DNA of 57,877 nucleotides, counting the filler, from Circinaria calcarea (Eukaryota): the NCBI GenBank assembly GCA_051942165.1. It is 2 parts of 2 records of this genome, joined end to end, with 100 filler letters (N's around TTAATTAATTAA, not from the genome) between each part and the next. Parts side by side here need not be neighbours in the genome. Positions count along the whole stretch, not along the records: positions 1 to 28,995 come from JAVECS010000050.1; 1 more part is not named here. One strand, written 5' to 3'. A program made the translations under genes and the position numbers. How positions within the stretch are numbered: position 1 is the stretch's first letter; each line of letters begins with the position of its first letter. This document shows positions 1 to 11,698 of this stretch, piece after piece. The notes beneath the pieces were generated by a model. That model made no database searches and was not told the origin of the DNA. It was given only the letters and a program-made list of their open reading frames with translations.

Positions 1-802
1 AGGTCCATGGAAATGCGGGCATCCAGGGTTCCGAGCCAGACAGCGTCGATGTCGGGGACTTGGGTGAGGATGGCGTCGAGGTTGTAAATGGCTTCGAGGG
101 TCTCGATTTGGATCATGATGGCGGCTTGCTCGTTGAGGTTCTGGTGGATGGTTTTGGTAGCGTCGAAGCAGGTGTCTGTGAGGCCGGGGATGAGGCGGAA
201 GGGGGGAGCGGAGCGGGTGCCGCGTTGCTTGCGGCCGAATTTGGCGGCTGACACGACGTGTTGGGCTTCGGCTACGGTTTCAACTTGGGGTATGACGATA
301 CTGGCGCCGGCGTCGAGCGCGAAGCCGATGGCGGCGTGATCATGGCCGGGGACGCTACGAAGGTTAATAGGGAGGGGGGTGAATGGAGTGCCTCAGAGGT
401 CAGGTTGGGACCGAGGGCCTCGGAGGTGAATGAGGCTGGAAGGCTTACCGGACAAAGGGAATACTTCTGCCTTCGCTCATGAATATGATTTCGTGAACCA
501 TCTGAAAGGAATTCTCAGCAGAGCTAAAGCAATGGAGGGTATGTGAGTTATCAAAGTACCGTAGTCATGGTTTCGGTGTTACACGATGAATGCTCCCAAT
601 CGACCCAGACAGTATCATAGCCCATCGGTGCTAATAGCCTGGCAGTTGGGACAGTACTCAAACCGAGATAGAGACCGATGAGAGGTGGGATCTTGCCTGC
701 ATTCGCATCGCGAAGAGCTTGACGGGCCCGGTGGGGTTGGAAGAGAGAAGGTGCTCGGTAGGCTATCATGCCTTCTCCAGTATTGGCGGATTTGAATTCC
801 AT
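1..802 (-). CDS. HpcH/HpaI aldolase / citrate-lyase-like family protein (3' end runs off the window; at least 2 introns)
   Basis: Exon 1 (802-561) MEFKSANT...[20 protein letters not shown]; exon 2 (~501-449) [18 protein letters not shown]; exon 3 [26 protein letters not shown]...[20 protein letters not shown]...[14 protein letters not shown]. The DxEH, LDAGA and QIET motifs are typical of HpcH aldolases; GT..AG introns are visible. Confidence 0.85.
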
Positions 803-3160
803 GGTGGCTTGATGATGGGAAGAAGCTGTATAGGTTCGAGTGGATGATTTGGGATGAGGTTACCGAGGACGAGTGGAGGTTGGAATAGCGTGTGAAGCAT
901 CCAAAGGAGAGACGGCGCTCCTTGGGTTATAAAGGCCCGTGAGCAATGTTTTGGGCAAACTTGGAGGGATTAATAATTCACAGTGAAATATAATCACACT
1001 CGCTTAATCCTTCCCGACGGAGCTGAGAAAGTTCCAACACACCCGGCGGGTCACTCTCGATCAGCTGTGGCAAAGACCTGACTCGTGGCTGGCAGGATGA
1101 GTGAACAAGATGGCAGGCGGAGGTCTTACAACAGTAGGAGAAGCTCTCGGTATCTACACATATAGTATTCAGCTTACGTAGAAGAGACCATGACACGGGG
1201 AGCGTTACTAAGCACCGAGGGGACTGATGTTGCATTTTGCCTTACCGATAGAGAATGGCTTCGAAAGGATTCCATACATCCCAGCGCCAACTGGGGAGTG
1301 GCTGAATTGACAGGTCGGGATATACGACAAGAGTGGGGAAACGAAAAGAGGATGTTTGATAAGACATCCCCTGCGGCCAACCAGGCGGCCAATTGCATTC
1401 CGAATGAGCCAGCCAGTCGCCTTTCGTCGACAACAACCCAGCCCGGGCTCAAATTGCACGGATCAAAATACTCTCCTTGGCGGTCATCTGTATTTCGCAG
1501 TGGTTGGAACCGGGGATAGGTGACTATCCGATTCGGAAATAAGGGTTTAAATCCGGAAATCAGCAGTCGGTCTGACAATGAGCAGCCCTGGACTTGGCTC
1601 CCAGCATCGACTCCACTCCAGATACTTAAACCGTACATGGTTTCCTCTGTCGATCTTGGTAGAGTACTTCGATTGGAGTAGATGTCGTTCCATGCTAACG
1701 GTGTAGGCAAAACCTTGTACTACCAAATGCAGTAAGTTGCACGATAGGGTAAGCTGACAGTAACCCCTAACAACTCCCCCCTGGTTGCGCCATATGCAAT
1801 ATGCCATGTGCTTCGATAACTCATCCAACTCTCGGAGGGATTAAGTTTGCAAGGTCCGTTCCGGTAAGGGCTTTCCATGTGTCGATTTGACTTGATTTCC
1901 AAGCGGAGCTCACGGACCTGAAGGAACACTCGGCCAAGCACTAAGCCGAGTTCTGACAGCTTACTTACGCCCACTTCTACAGAGGCCGAGCACAACATTG
2001 TTTGAGTTTCGCGGGTTGGTCTAGCTTACCACGTCGTCATGTCTTTGGTAAAGTATCATAGCGGGAAAGGAACGTTCAATTGCCATAGGCGAGGGATCAT
2101 GGCGTTCGTTATATCCGTGGTGGCGGTGATGTGTAGTGTCTACAGCTGACCCGAGCTGACCAAGACATCTTGCGTGGTTGCGCTTTGTTTCCGGAGCATA
2201 ACACACAGCCCCCGGAGTATGGCCTATTGATTGGTGTGGAGAATCGAGCAGTATTGAGCATGGAGGATGGGGATGAAGAAGCCCGGGTGCCGGGATAGAG
2301 GATGGAGACGAGCTGAGCAGAGTACTGAACATCCGTACTTCCATTGCCAAGGTAGAACTATAGGATGTTATGAATTCGGTATCTGGCTTTGTCTGTGAGT
2401 GGTATCTGAGCACTATCGTGCTAGAAAGCATACTGGCTTGGACCCCAAGCAAATAAAACATCCAAATACTGCATGTCAACATTCACTCGCATCTTTCTTC
2501 TAACATATCGATAGCCCCTCCCGACCGATCCCTCCATACATACCGCGGCGGAAAGTTCTTATCACGGAATTGTGGGTGTTCCAACTGTGCCGGGTGCGGC
2601 GTCGGTCGGAGCATAATCAATCTGGTACGCCACAAGGCCGAAGCGAACTATCTATTCGTCATCGCGAAGCCCCACGGTTTACAAAGATAAGAAGCTCGAG
2701 CTACCCAGTGACTTCACTCGACATAGGTTGGTCGGGTGCCGTAGCGGGAGATGGAGCCTGCAGGTCGATAGGGTTTCTCTTGGATCCTACGTCGGCGTGC
2801 AAAGAAAAGGGTTAGCCGTGAAGGTAGATTATGGTATTGGCGGGAGGAATTTTGGAGGATATCTAATAGTGGATGAGGGTCTAGGTTGGTCGCTCAGGTA
2901 GATATTAGCTAGGCAATGGTACTTAAAGGATCTTGAGGGGCATTTAGATTAGGCGGCCAGGGACAGAATTCACGAGTCGCTAACGTAGGTATAAACGCAT
3001 TTGCCGCTGTGGGTGCAGTTGGCGCGGACGTCCATGTTGACGTCAACGTTGACGTTGAAAAAGTGAAAGGTAAGCCAGCGACCTTGAGGCATTTTCATTC
3101 CTCGATGCTTCCAGAAGCTCCAGAGACAACATCCAATCACCCCCCTTCCAAAAGTCCACC

Positions 3161-5484
3161 CTACACTCCCTTCCCACCCCAGAGCATCTCCCACCCCACA
3201 CTGCCTTCCCTACCCTCCCTCTGTCCCATCTCCTCGACCGCCTTTACGAGATCGTAGCAAATTTCCTCGGACACAACACTGTCCTTTTTGTACGCCTGAT
3301 GCCCTCCTACGAAACTCCGGATCCACTTTGCACCGGTCCATAGCTGACCACTCGCTCTTTTCCTGATCAAGTCGAGGTATCTAGCTAAATCGCATCTAGT
3401 TTCGACGTCGACGTTTACACTATCGAGGTAGGATTCGACAAGGGGTATGAGGCCAGGGAAGCCGTCAACTTCATTGTGTTGCCCATTGATGACCTCATTG
3501 ATGGTCATGAGAGTGTACTCGTCCTCTACAGGACCAGAAGGCGTGGGCGGTCGAGACGGCTGTACAGAGGTAGCGGTGGTACCGGAAGTGCCGTTGACTT
3601 TAACTGGGCGAGGAGGGAATGGATCTTTCCGAAAGTAGAATCTCTGCTCTACAGCCGCATCCCTAGCGTGCGCCACCTCCATGTTCTTTGTCGTCAGCGG
3701 GATAGGAATGTAGAAGTTGAGATCGAAGCTTAGGATCGCTCTGGTGACGAGGACGATGAAGATGGAGAAAGCTGCATTCTCAAAATCCGTGATTTGAATT
3801 TCCATAGGGCGGAACTCGACACGCCAGCCGATGTCATTATCGGCGGGAGGAGGTTTGAAGCGCATGTGCTGCCAGTTCGTTGATTGAAGGTTTTCGAAGT
3901 GATCGGTCTTGGTGAGGTCGAGGTACTGGAGGTCCTCGGCGAAGACTACAATTGGGTCGCGGATAAAGAGGTGAGCAAAGTGTGTTGCAAGGAGATCATC
4001 CATTCCCCCATCCATCAGACGCTGTTTGATTTCTTGGTCTACCACGAGGTCTGGATCAAGATATTCTTTTCGTAGCCTTGGATCTTGTGATATGTACGTA
4101 GAGTTCGAGGCATATCTAGATTTTGGTATTCGCCATCGATCGTGTTTAAGGGGCTGCAATAACTTTAGCCTTTGATACATAGTCTTGCCCCTTCTTAATG
4201 TTACCTTCTCCCCTAGTTCTTCCAACGTACGATCGTCTACTGCCCTGCTAATCTGATTCCACCGCACGTCCGTGTCTGCGAGAAACCCTTTATAGATGGG
4301 TGTGGCGGCAGTCAAGGCAAGCATTATTGGACCGAGTGGGCTCAATTGATCATACAATTTTCTGCCTTCGGTGATGTTTTTTGCCTGGAAAGTAATCTGT
4401 AGACAGCAGCTGCCCATGCCAAATGCCATTGCATCCATATAGATGTGATCGTCTTTCGCTGCGCCATTTCGTACATCATCGTCTTCCGGCCATTCATGCA
4501 GATCATAATTGACTGTGGGATCTCTAAAAGGCGTTGGTGTATTATCATCCCGAAATATGGGAACGTTAATCTCGACTTTACGACCACGCCTCGCGCGAAT
4601 ATTAGCAGCTAGCGTCGGAAAACGAATATGCGGATTTGCAATTTCGTCAGGTAGGAACTGCGACCGGAGCTTGTCACCAGATGGTGGGAAGAAGGGGCAT
4701 ATGTAGTCATCCTTGGTACCGAGGCGGGGAAACGTCGTCAGAGTAATAGGATATTCGTTGGGATACATATGATCTTTTGCAATGACCCGTCTTTGGATTC
4801 AGTCGGTTAGTTAGATACTCCCTAGTATGTGATGAGATTGACCAACCGTCGTCTCATATTCGGCTCCACGTCTAATAAGTCCTTGAACCCAATTCCCCAC
4901 GGCTTTCCGGGAGTAGCTTCTAGCATGAACCGCCCAAACTCTGGGTGAAAGACTGGTAGGGTGTCATTACTTCTGTCTCAATTTAGTCCAGCGAATGAAG
5001 CACAGCAGAGAACTGTTTTCTACCTCTCAACATTTTGGAGATCCGGTACGCAACCCCCCTGTTTGCGCAAGCTCTCGTCGTTGGCAAGTGCTTCGAGAAT
5101 ATCTGCTTGCCGCAGAGACAGCTGGACTTTACGGCGATCGTCGTCGATAACGACCACAAGATACTCGATCTAACCCGAGAACGTCAATCGCGGTCTAGCC
5201 AGGCTTCGTGTTGCTCCCCTACCTCGTCTCCCCATAGTAAGACGTCTCTTTCCTTGACTTTGGCTCGCTGCCAGATTGCGAGCAGTTGCTAGGCAGGCGA
5301 TAAGTATAGCCATCAAATTTTAGGCCATTGCTTCGACCTCCTACCTCAATACCCCACTTCCGAACCTGGTCTGCGTTTTTCTTCGCTTCTGCCCATTCCA
5401 GCGGCGTTCCTACCGCACTAGGGGAATTGCTGTATCAGCGCAGCCAGGCTAAAGGGTATATGGAGAACCATACAGAAGACCCAT
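3161..5484 (-). CDS. GSH1: Glutamate-cysteine ligase catalytic subunit (gamma-glutamylcysteine synthetase), multi-exon
   Basis: ATG at 5484 gives MGLL, then AVGTPLEWAEAKKNADQVRKWGIE, LLWGDE, VFHPEFGRFMLEATPGKPWG, IYMDAMAFGMGSCCLQITFQ, HFENLQSTNWQHMRFKPPP and IGWRVEFRPMEIQITDFENAAF, all hallmark eukaryotic GCL motifs. The ORF track reads through a 51-nt in-frame intron at 4154-4204. Confidence 0.96.
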
Positions 5485-6765
5485 AGCCCTCTAGGTTCGG
5501 CGACTCTAGGCGTACGTCTCGAACAGGCGGCTGATGGCAGTTGGTAAGTACTGGGCCGTCCTCCTGATGTCCGCTATCAACCGGGCTGACGTGTAACCCT
5601 GGCTAATGCGCCGTGTAATGTCCTGGCTGGTATAACATGTTTTCCTTCTATCACAAGTAACAACAAGCTGGAACAGCAGTGATAGCTATTGCGATTCCTA
5701 GAGGAATGACGGCTAGTAGTAATTAATGTAGTTCGTTAGGAGTTTCAGGGTAACCTCGAAACTCTCCCAGACTAATTCACGTCAGCCGGGGTCAATGTTC
5801 GAGTGTACAAGAGCCTCGAAGGTCGATAGATTGGAAGATTGTTGCAAACAGGGCTTGCTGGTAGACATCTTGGATCATACTGATAAACATTAATAATCCA
5901 AAATTTCGTTCTGATGACGAGTATGCCTAGCGTCGGCCTCGTTCCGTGGAGGTTTTAACCCCTGGTAGTAACAGACAGGGGGCTTTCTCTAACGACGTCT
6001 CTCTGCATGCTCAGCCTATATAAATATCCATAGCTTCTACTTGTAGCATATCTTCTGATCACAGTTGGTATAAATAGAAGCGCCTGAATCAAGGCCTATA
6101 TGCTGTTCACATGTCTGATAGATCCCTATCAATGGCTAGCAATAACAATGCTATATGGGTGGAAAAAACATTAGAGTAATTTTATCCAAGTATTCCTTGT
6201 ATGAATTATCATTCATAGGGATGAATTCCGAATACACCACGGAAGATCGTCGTTCTCATATCCCATATCTTACTGATGCCTTCCTTCGCTCCAGAATTCC
6301 TATCAACCTTGTATGGATTATAGAATTTATTCCAACGCATAAACTCATCTCATCGGTCTAGACCATTGACAAAGCCATCTGAAGGTGATTTCTAATTTTC
6401 TGTTCTTAGCTCGAGCATTTTTGTTTGGGTGGCCATTTCGTCAAGACGTGAGCTTGTACAACTTCTTACCTTTGTTACTCGTCCCAAGAGGCGACACTAT
6501 TCGAGAGATTCCTCATATACTTTCTACCAAATAACTAGGCAATTTCTCAATTATGGCTCTGTAATATGCAGTACATGTGAATTCCTCGTCATAGTCGTTG
6601 GACAAGGGTATTTTCGTCATGGAAATTATCTACCAATGTCAGATTCTATCGTAAGTATAGCACCAAATTCGTATGTTCTAAAAATAAGACACTATAACGA
6701 ATGTATTTCTTCTACTTTTCAATGTTTTATCACGAGGCTTTTGGTAGACAGAATGGCTTTTTGAA

Positions 6766-7403
6766 TCACGAATATATGAAACTCCTCTGCACCAACTTAC
6801 TTTCATCCCTTTCAGCCACCAGGTCGACGATATGCTTGTTGACAAAGTACTTGTCCAACTGCTCTCTCGATAGATATTTGCTGCCCCTGTGCAACTCAAT
6901 GCATCTCTTTTCTACCGTTCCACACATACACGGAAATGGTCTCGAGCCCGCCCACTTCATTGATAGATAGAAAAACGTTAACTCATCCCCGACCTCGAGG
7001 TCCCTGTCTCGTGCGACGCAAACCTCCGCTGCCGCACTGTTGGGGTAGTGGCTCTGAGCGTCTGGCGGATAAAATTCTAGCTCAACTGTAGGGGCGCACG
7101 AGTGATTCATGTAGACGAGCCCGGAGTTGAACTCTGCATGATCTGTTCTACTGATTTGGAGAGACGACCATGTTGCCTCCGGCGCAGCATAATAGGGAGT
7201 AACGTAGTACAGATGAGAGCCTCGAGGGCGGGCGACGCGTGAATTTACCGAGGTCTGGCCGTAAGGGGTGATGCAGTATTCTATGATTTCCTGTAAGTTG
7301 TTTTGCGTGAGGGGAAATGAGGGAGCAACGGGCTCCGCTAGGGTTATTGGATCGGGAAGAAGTGTGCCAGTCGTGCACTGCGGTCGAAGGCTGCTGCAGA
7401 CAT
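6766..7403 (-). pseudogene. Small fungal SET/post-SET domain protein, probably disrupted
   Basis: SLQISRTDHAEFNSGLVYMNHSCAP...DLEVGDELTFFYLSMKW...PFPCMCG contains the SET NHSC and ELxFxY motifs plus a post-SET CxCG. The frame stays open up to ~7400, but the good-context ATG (cacacaATG, 7403-7401) is out of frame with it. The usual FFYPSTEW is degraded to FFYLSMKW. Confidence 0.65.
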
Positions 7404-8826
7404 TGTGTGAAGGATATAGGGTGCTCCGCTATGCTCCTAAGGTATAGGCAAAGACGCTGTCGAGAATGGGTAACGGGGGCCTGAATAGTGAAGAATCAAG
7501 GGGTATAGGGCATGAACTGACTGCTACAGTATAGTGCACATATAGAGGGGGTATCAGGACGGTTTCCAGTATCGTATTCCTAACTGCTCTGCTGCTCTGC
7601 TGCGTGCTATCTCCATGAAAGTGTGTATGTTTTTAGGAGTCCTCCATGCCTACCTACCCATTCCATATGCGCGCCCAGCCACTAGTTGCCTTGGCTCCAC
7701 CACAATTGTTGTAAGCTTTTCTGACTTTGCTTAAGTAGGAGACACGGTGGGCGTGATATCCAGATGTGATTCAAGTAACATAAAAGCAGTGGAAGGCTGG
7801 AAGCGCGAATAATGAAAATTTTATGGTAGAACGACCTACATATATACGTGAAGAATAGCGTGACTGTAAGCAGGAGATATCTCTGCAGAAAATCTTCTTA
7901 TGCTGAGAAGAAAAGAAGGTATGGGTTGATCAGGCCGGAAACACCAACCTTCTAGGTACAAGTATTAGCTCTCAGCGTGGGGACGAATGAGATAATGTTT
8001 CCAACGGCTAAAGTATTATGACGTTTCGCCATTAAAGGGATGCTAATAGAATCAAACACGTTTTTCGGGCTTATTAGCAGATTCAGGCAGTGCTACTGAG
8101 GTCGCTCCTCATGAGACTGAACCAGTGCTTGAAACCTTTGCGAGGCAAGCTCCATCAGCGTGGCCCCTAATCAGCTCAGAAAGAATGGCTGTAGAATAGT
8201 GGTTATTTGCAGACTGCCGTGCCGTACGTCCGAAGTCTACTGCAGGAGGCTGCAAATATTGCGGACAGTACTAAAAATTAGGTCAATGCGTACTGGCCGG
8301 AGCCGGCTCGATATACCCGACCATCCAGACCTAAACACCACGACCAGTATATCGTATACAAAGCTCACAGCGACACAAGGGCTGCTCGTAATGGTGACGA
8401 AAAGACTGTTCCAGGTAAAAGGGTTTGGATGTGATATTAATATGTTGAAATCAACCTCGATGGACTACCTTTTTCATGTGCATGGAAGCTCATTTTGGGA
8501 AAATGATCGACGACCGGGCCCATGGCCTAATAAATAGACCGTGCAAACATGCATGATTTGCTTGGCTGCTGATTTGACCGCAGAAGGTTTAAATACAGGC
8601 GGTAAGTAGGAACCCGGTGTAGAGTCGCATAACATGGTGTGCCTTACTACCCCTATTACCACTGGGACCCACAAGGCCCGCGCACTAACCTTGCACCAAA
8701 TGATCAAATAAGTGCTTTGCCACAGGCGTGAAAAGGGTTGTTTCCTGTTCTACCCTGACTTTGCGTTTTGAACAATTTGGAGAAGATTAAAAAATCGAAA
8801 AAAATCGCTGGCTTTGTTTATACAAG

Positions 8827-10536
8827 ATGATTTTAGCCCAGTGTATAACGAGGCCCTACTATACATATAGCAAGGAACCCATTTCTCTCTCTTTCCGCTC
8901 GTCCAAAGCGTTTACTGTTTTTGTGGTGTTATATGCAGTGTTCACGGTGAGTGGTTAGAAACCACTTTGATAATCCATCTTTCTAATCACATCTTTGTTG
9001 TTATTATACCTGTTATGCCATTTTCTTTGCATGAACAAGTGGGCGTACCAGACACTATCAGTAGGTGCACTTCAAACGGTTTTCGGCTTTGCTTATTTTA
9101 CCAGTCCAATATTGGGTGTCGGTCCTTCTTGCAGTTTACGGTTGCAGTGAGTTTTGCAATATCACACAAATAACGCTCTATGGAGAATATTATACCTATT
9201 TCTACGCCGTTACCACAGCTTTCTGGGGTGGTATACACATCGCAATCCCTTACGAAGAGTACCATTCCTTCTTGCCTTGCTAGTTCTAGCTGGCGCTACC
9301 ATCATAATATGGTTTGCTTCAAAAATTGCCCTCCAAGTCGTGGGACCTGTACTTCAAGGTTTCGCAGCCGCTATTATTTGGATAACAGGTTTGGCGATGA
9401 TTGCCGATACGGCGAGGAAGGAGGATGTTGGGCAGTACCTCAGTTACCTGGGTATGGCAATGATACTAGGCACGTAAGTAGATCCGGCGGTCTTTGTGCA
9501 TGGCTTCAGAGGAGATTGTCGCGGTACTAATACCCTTAGGCTGACTGGGCCACTGCTTGGAGGCGTTGTATTTGCTAAAGCTGGCTATGAAGCCATCTTT
9601 GGAATGACGCTTGGGTTGATTGGCGTAGATATACTGCTTCGTTTCGCCATGATGGAGAGAAAAATTGCCATGAAATAGACGCAAAAAGCTGGTTCAGAGA
9701 ACATGGTATATCCTGAGAGAGAAGAAAATGTCGAAAAAGCGCACGCCGAGGTCGAACTGATTACAGAAACGAATTATGCTGAAAATGCTGAGGAGGACGG
9801 AGAACATCGGCTCCCGACAATAATCCAAAAACGGTCACCATCAGAAAACACTCTAGCGCTTTCGAGGCCATATGGACGTGTCCGACTGCCTGCTGTTTTG
9901 ACTCTCCTCTTATTGCGGAGGCTGCTATCTGCTCTGTGGGGAGCGCTCGTTGAAGAGGCAATTTTCAGTGGCCTGGAAACTGTTTTGCCTCTGCAAACGC
10001 AGGCTACTTTCTGCTGGGACTCCCTAGGTGGTGGTCTTATTTTCCTCCCCCTCACCGTCACCGCATTTCTCGGGCCTGCTGTTGGATGGCTCTCTGAAAA
10101 ATACGGACCGCGTTGGCCAACACTTGTTGGATTCCTACTTCTGTGCCCCTTTCTCGCGCTTCTTCGGTTAATCGACCACAACACGCTTAATCAGAAGGTG
10201 CTATTGTGCACTTTGCTGACATTTGTCGGTTGCTGTTTTACATTGACCCTAGATCCGCTAATGGCCGAAATCGCCTACGTAGTAGAGCAAAAAGCAAAGG
10301 ACGACCCGGTAATGTACGGCTCTGCCAGTAAAGCGTACGCCCAGGCATTTGCCTTGTTTAGTATGGCGTTCAGTGTGGGCAATACAGTCGGCCCATTATG
10401 CGCAGGACTGGTAAGAGACGCTGCTAGCTGGGGAACGATGAGCTGGGCACTGGGCCACTTGGGCGGCTTGACTGCAGTATCGACATTTCTGTGGTGTGTT
10501 GGATGGATTTTCAAACGAGACGTCAGATGGCGGTAA
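8827..10536 (+). pseudogene. MFS transporter (vesicular amine transporter-like fungal family) with an in-frame stop and a probable frameshift
   Basis: Exon 1 M...FRSSKAFTVFVVLYAVFT followed by gtgagt; later RRVPFLLALLVLAGAT, GLAMIADT, GPLLGGVVFAKAGY and AYAQAFALFSMAFSVGNTVGP. ORFs 9496-9678 and 9703-10536 share one frame and are split by TAG at 9676-9678 (ERKIAMK*, likely W). Intron phases around 9148-9219 do not match. Confidence 0.75.
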
Positions 10537-11698
10537 GAAAAGAATATACCTGCAGAAGCACCCAACAACGCACGGTCAGCTTGAGATATGTGTCGGACCA
10601 TGAGCAACATACAGGTGTAGTGGGTTACATTGCACGAGATCTATCTATGCCATGGGGTTATTAGGACAGTATGTATAGGAAAATACGAGAAATAGCACAT
10701 GGAAAGCCACATATATTTCGGCCAAAGGGAAAAAAATCCACACAATAGATATCATGATGAGCTTCTCTGGCTTTGCCTCAGAATGAGAACACGGTGGACG
10801 TGAAATCCAAAAATATAACTCAAGGCAGTAAGAAGCATCAGAAAACTGGAAAACGCGAAATAATAGAATTTATAGGGGTAAAACGGCGCACATATATGCG
10901 TACAAAATGGCTTATTAAGCGAGAGCTATTCCCGCATACAATCTTGTCATGTCGTGGAGCCAAAAATGGGCGGGGATGAATTAATCCGGCTGGATATAAA
11001 ACCTTTAGGGTAGGTAACGTATAGAAAGAGGTGGTCAGCTCCATACTATAGGCTCTCGGGTTTGGGGACGAATAAGACAACGGCTTTAACTTAGAAGAAC
11101 TACTATCTAGATCAGCCAAGGCGTTATAACATCTCGTGCAAATAAAAGAATTCACGTTATTTCGGGAGTCACATCAAGAGTCTGAAAAACCATGTGCCTG
11201 CCATGATCCTTTCATTTCTCTAACTATGTAGAAGACCGCACAAGGTCTAGCTGAAGCTACATTGGCAAAACTCCTGCCTAACCCTCAGCTATTGCAATTA
11301 CCTAATGTCTTTCTCCAAAGCTCCATCATAAAGAGTCTAGCTCTGTTCTCCGTTCCTGCAGCCGCTCAAACCACCATTCCATTCTGTTAACTTTGCAGAG
11401 ATCGAATAAGAAAGCCACCAGGCTAATAACCCAGATGCAACAGTCGTGCTATCCAGGACGCTCACAATAATTCGCAAGCCATAAAGTCAGTCTCAGCAAG
11501 CTGTTGCTGATCCATGAGATGTAGTAATGTGTGCATTAGACATTTGATTCTGTAAGGACTGACGTGCATATGTTAGTAAGGAAGGTTGTTTCATCAGAGC
11601 CATAAGGTTCCGGTCGAGCCACCCGGAAACTGAGTAATCCAAAGTAATCCAACCCAATGGTAAGTAGGCGCGCAATTTCTGACAGGATTCAATCGAAG

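Noticed and set aside
978..2815. Short ORFs (e.g. 1174-1710, 1190-1519, 2021-2482) between the aldolase and GSH1
   Set aside because: No recognisable domains or consistent splice structure; they overlap on both strands like random ORFs.
4154..4204. Apparent 17-residue insertion in GCL (VTLRRGKTMYQRLKLLQ), and similarly at 35928-35978 in LCB3
   Set aside because: Both are 51-nt stop-free GT-AG introns read through by the ORF finder.
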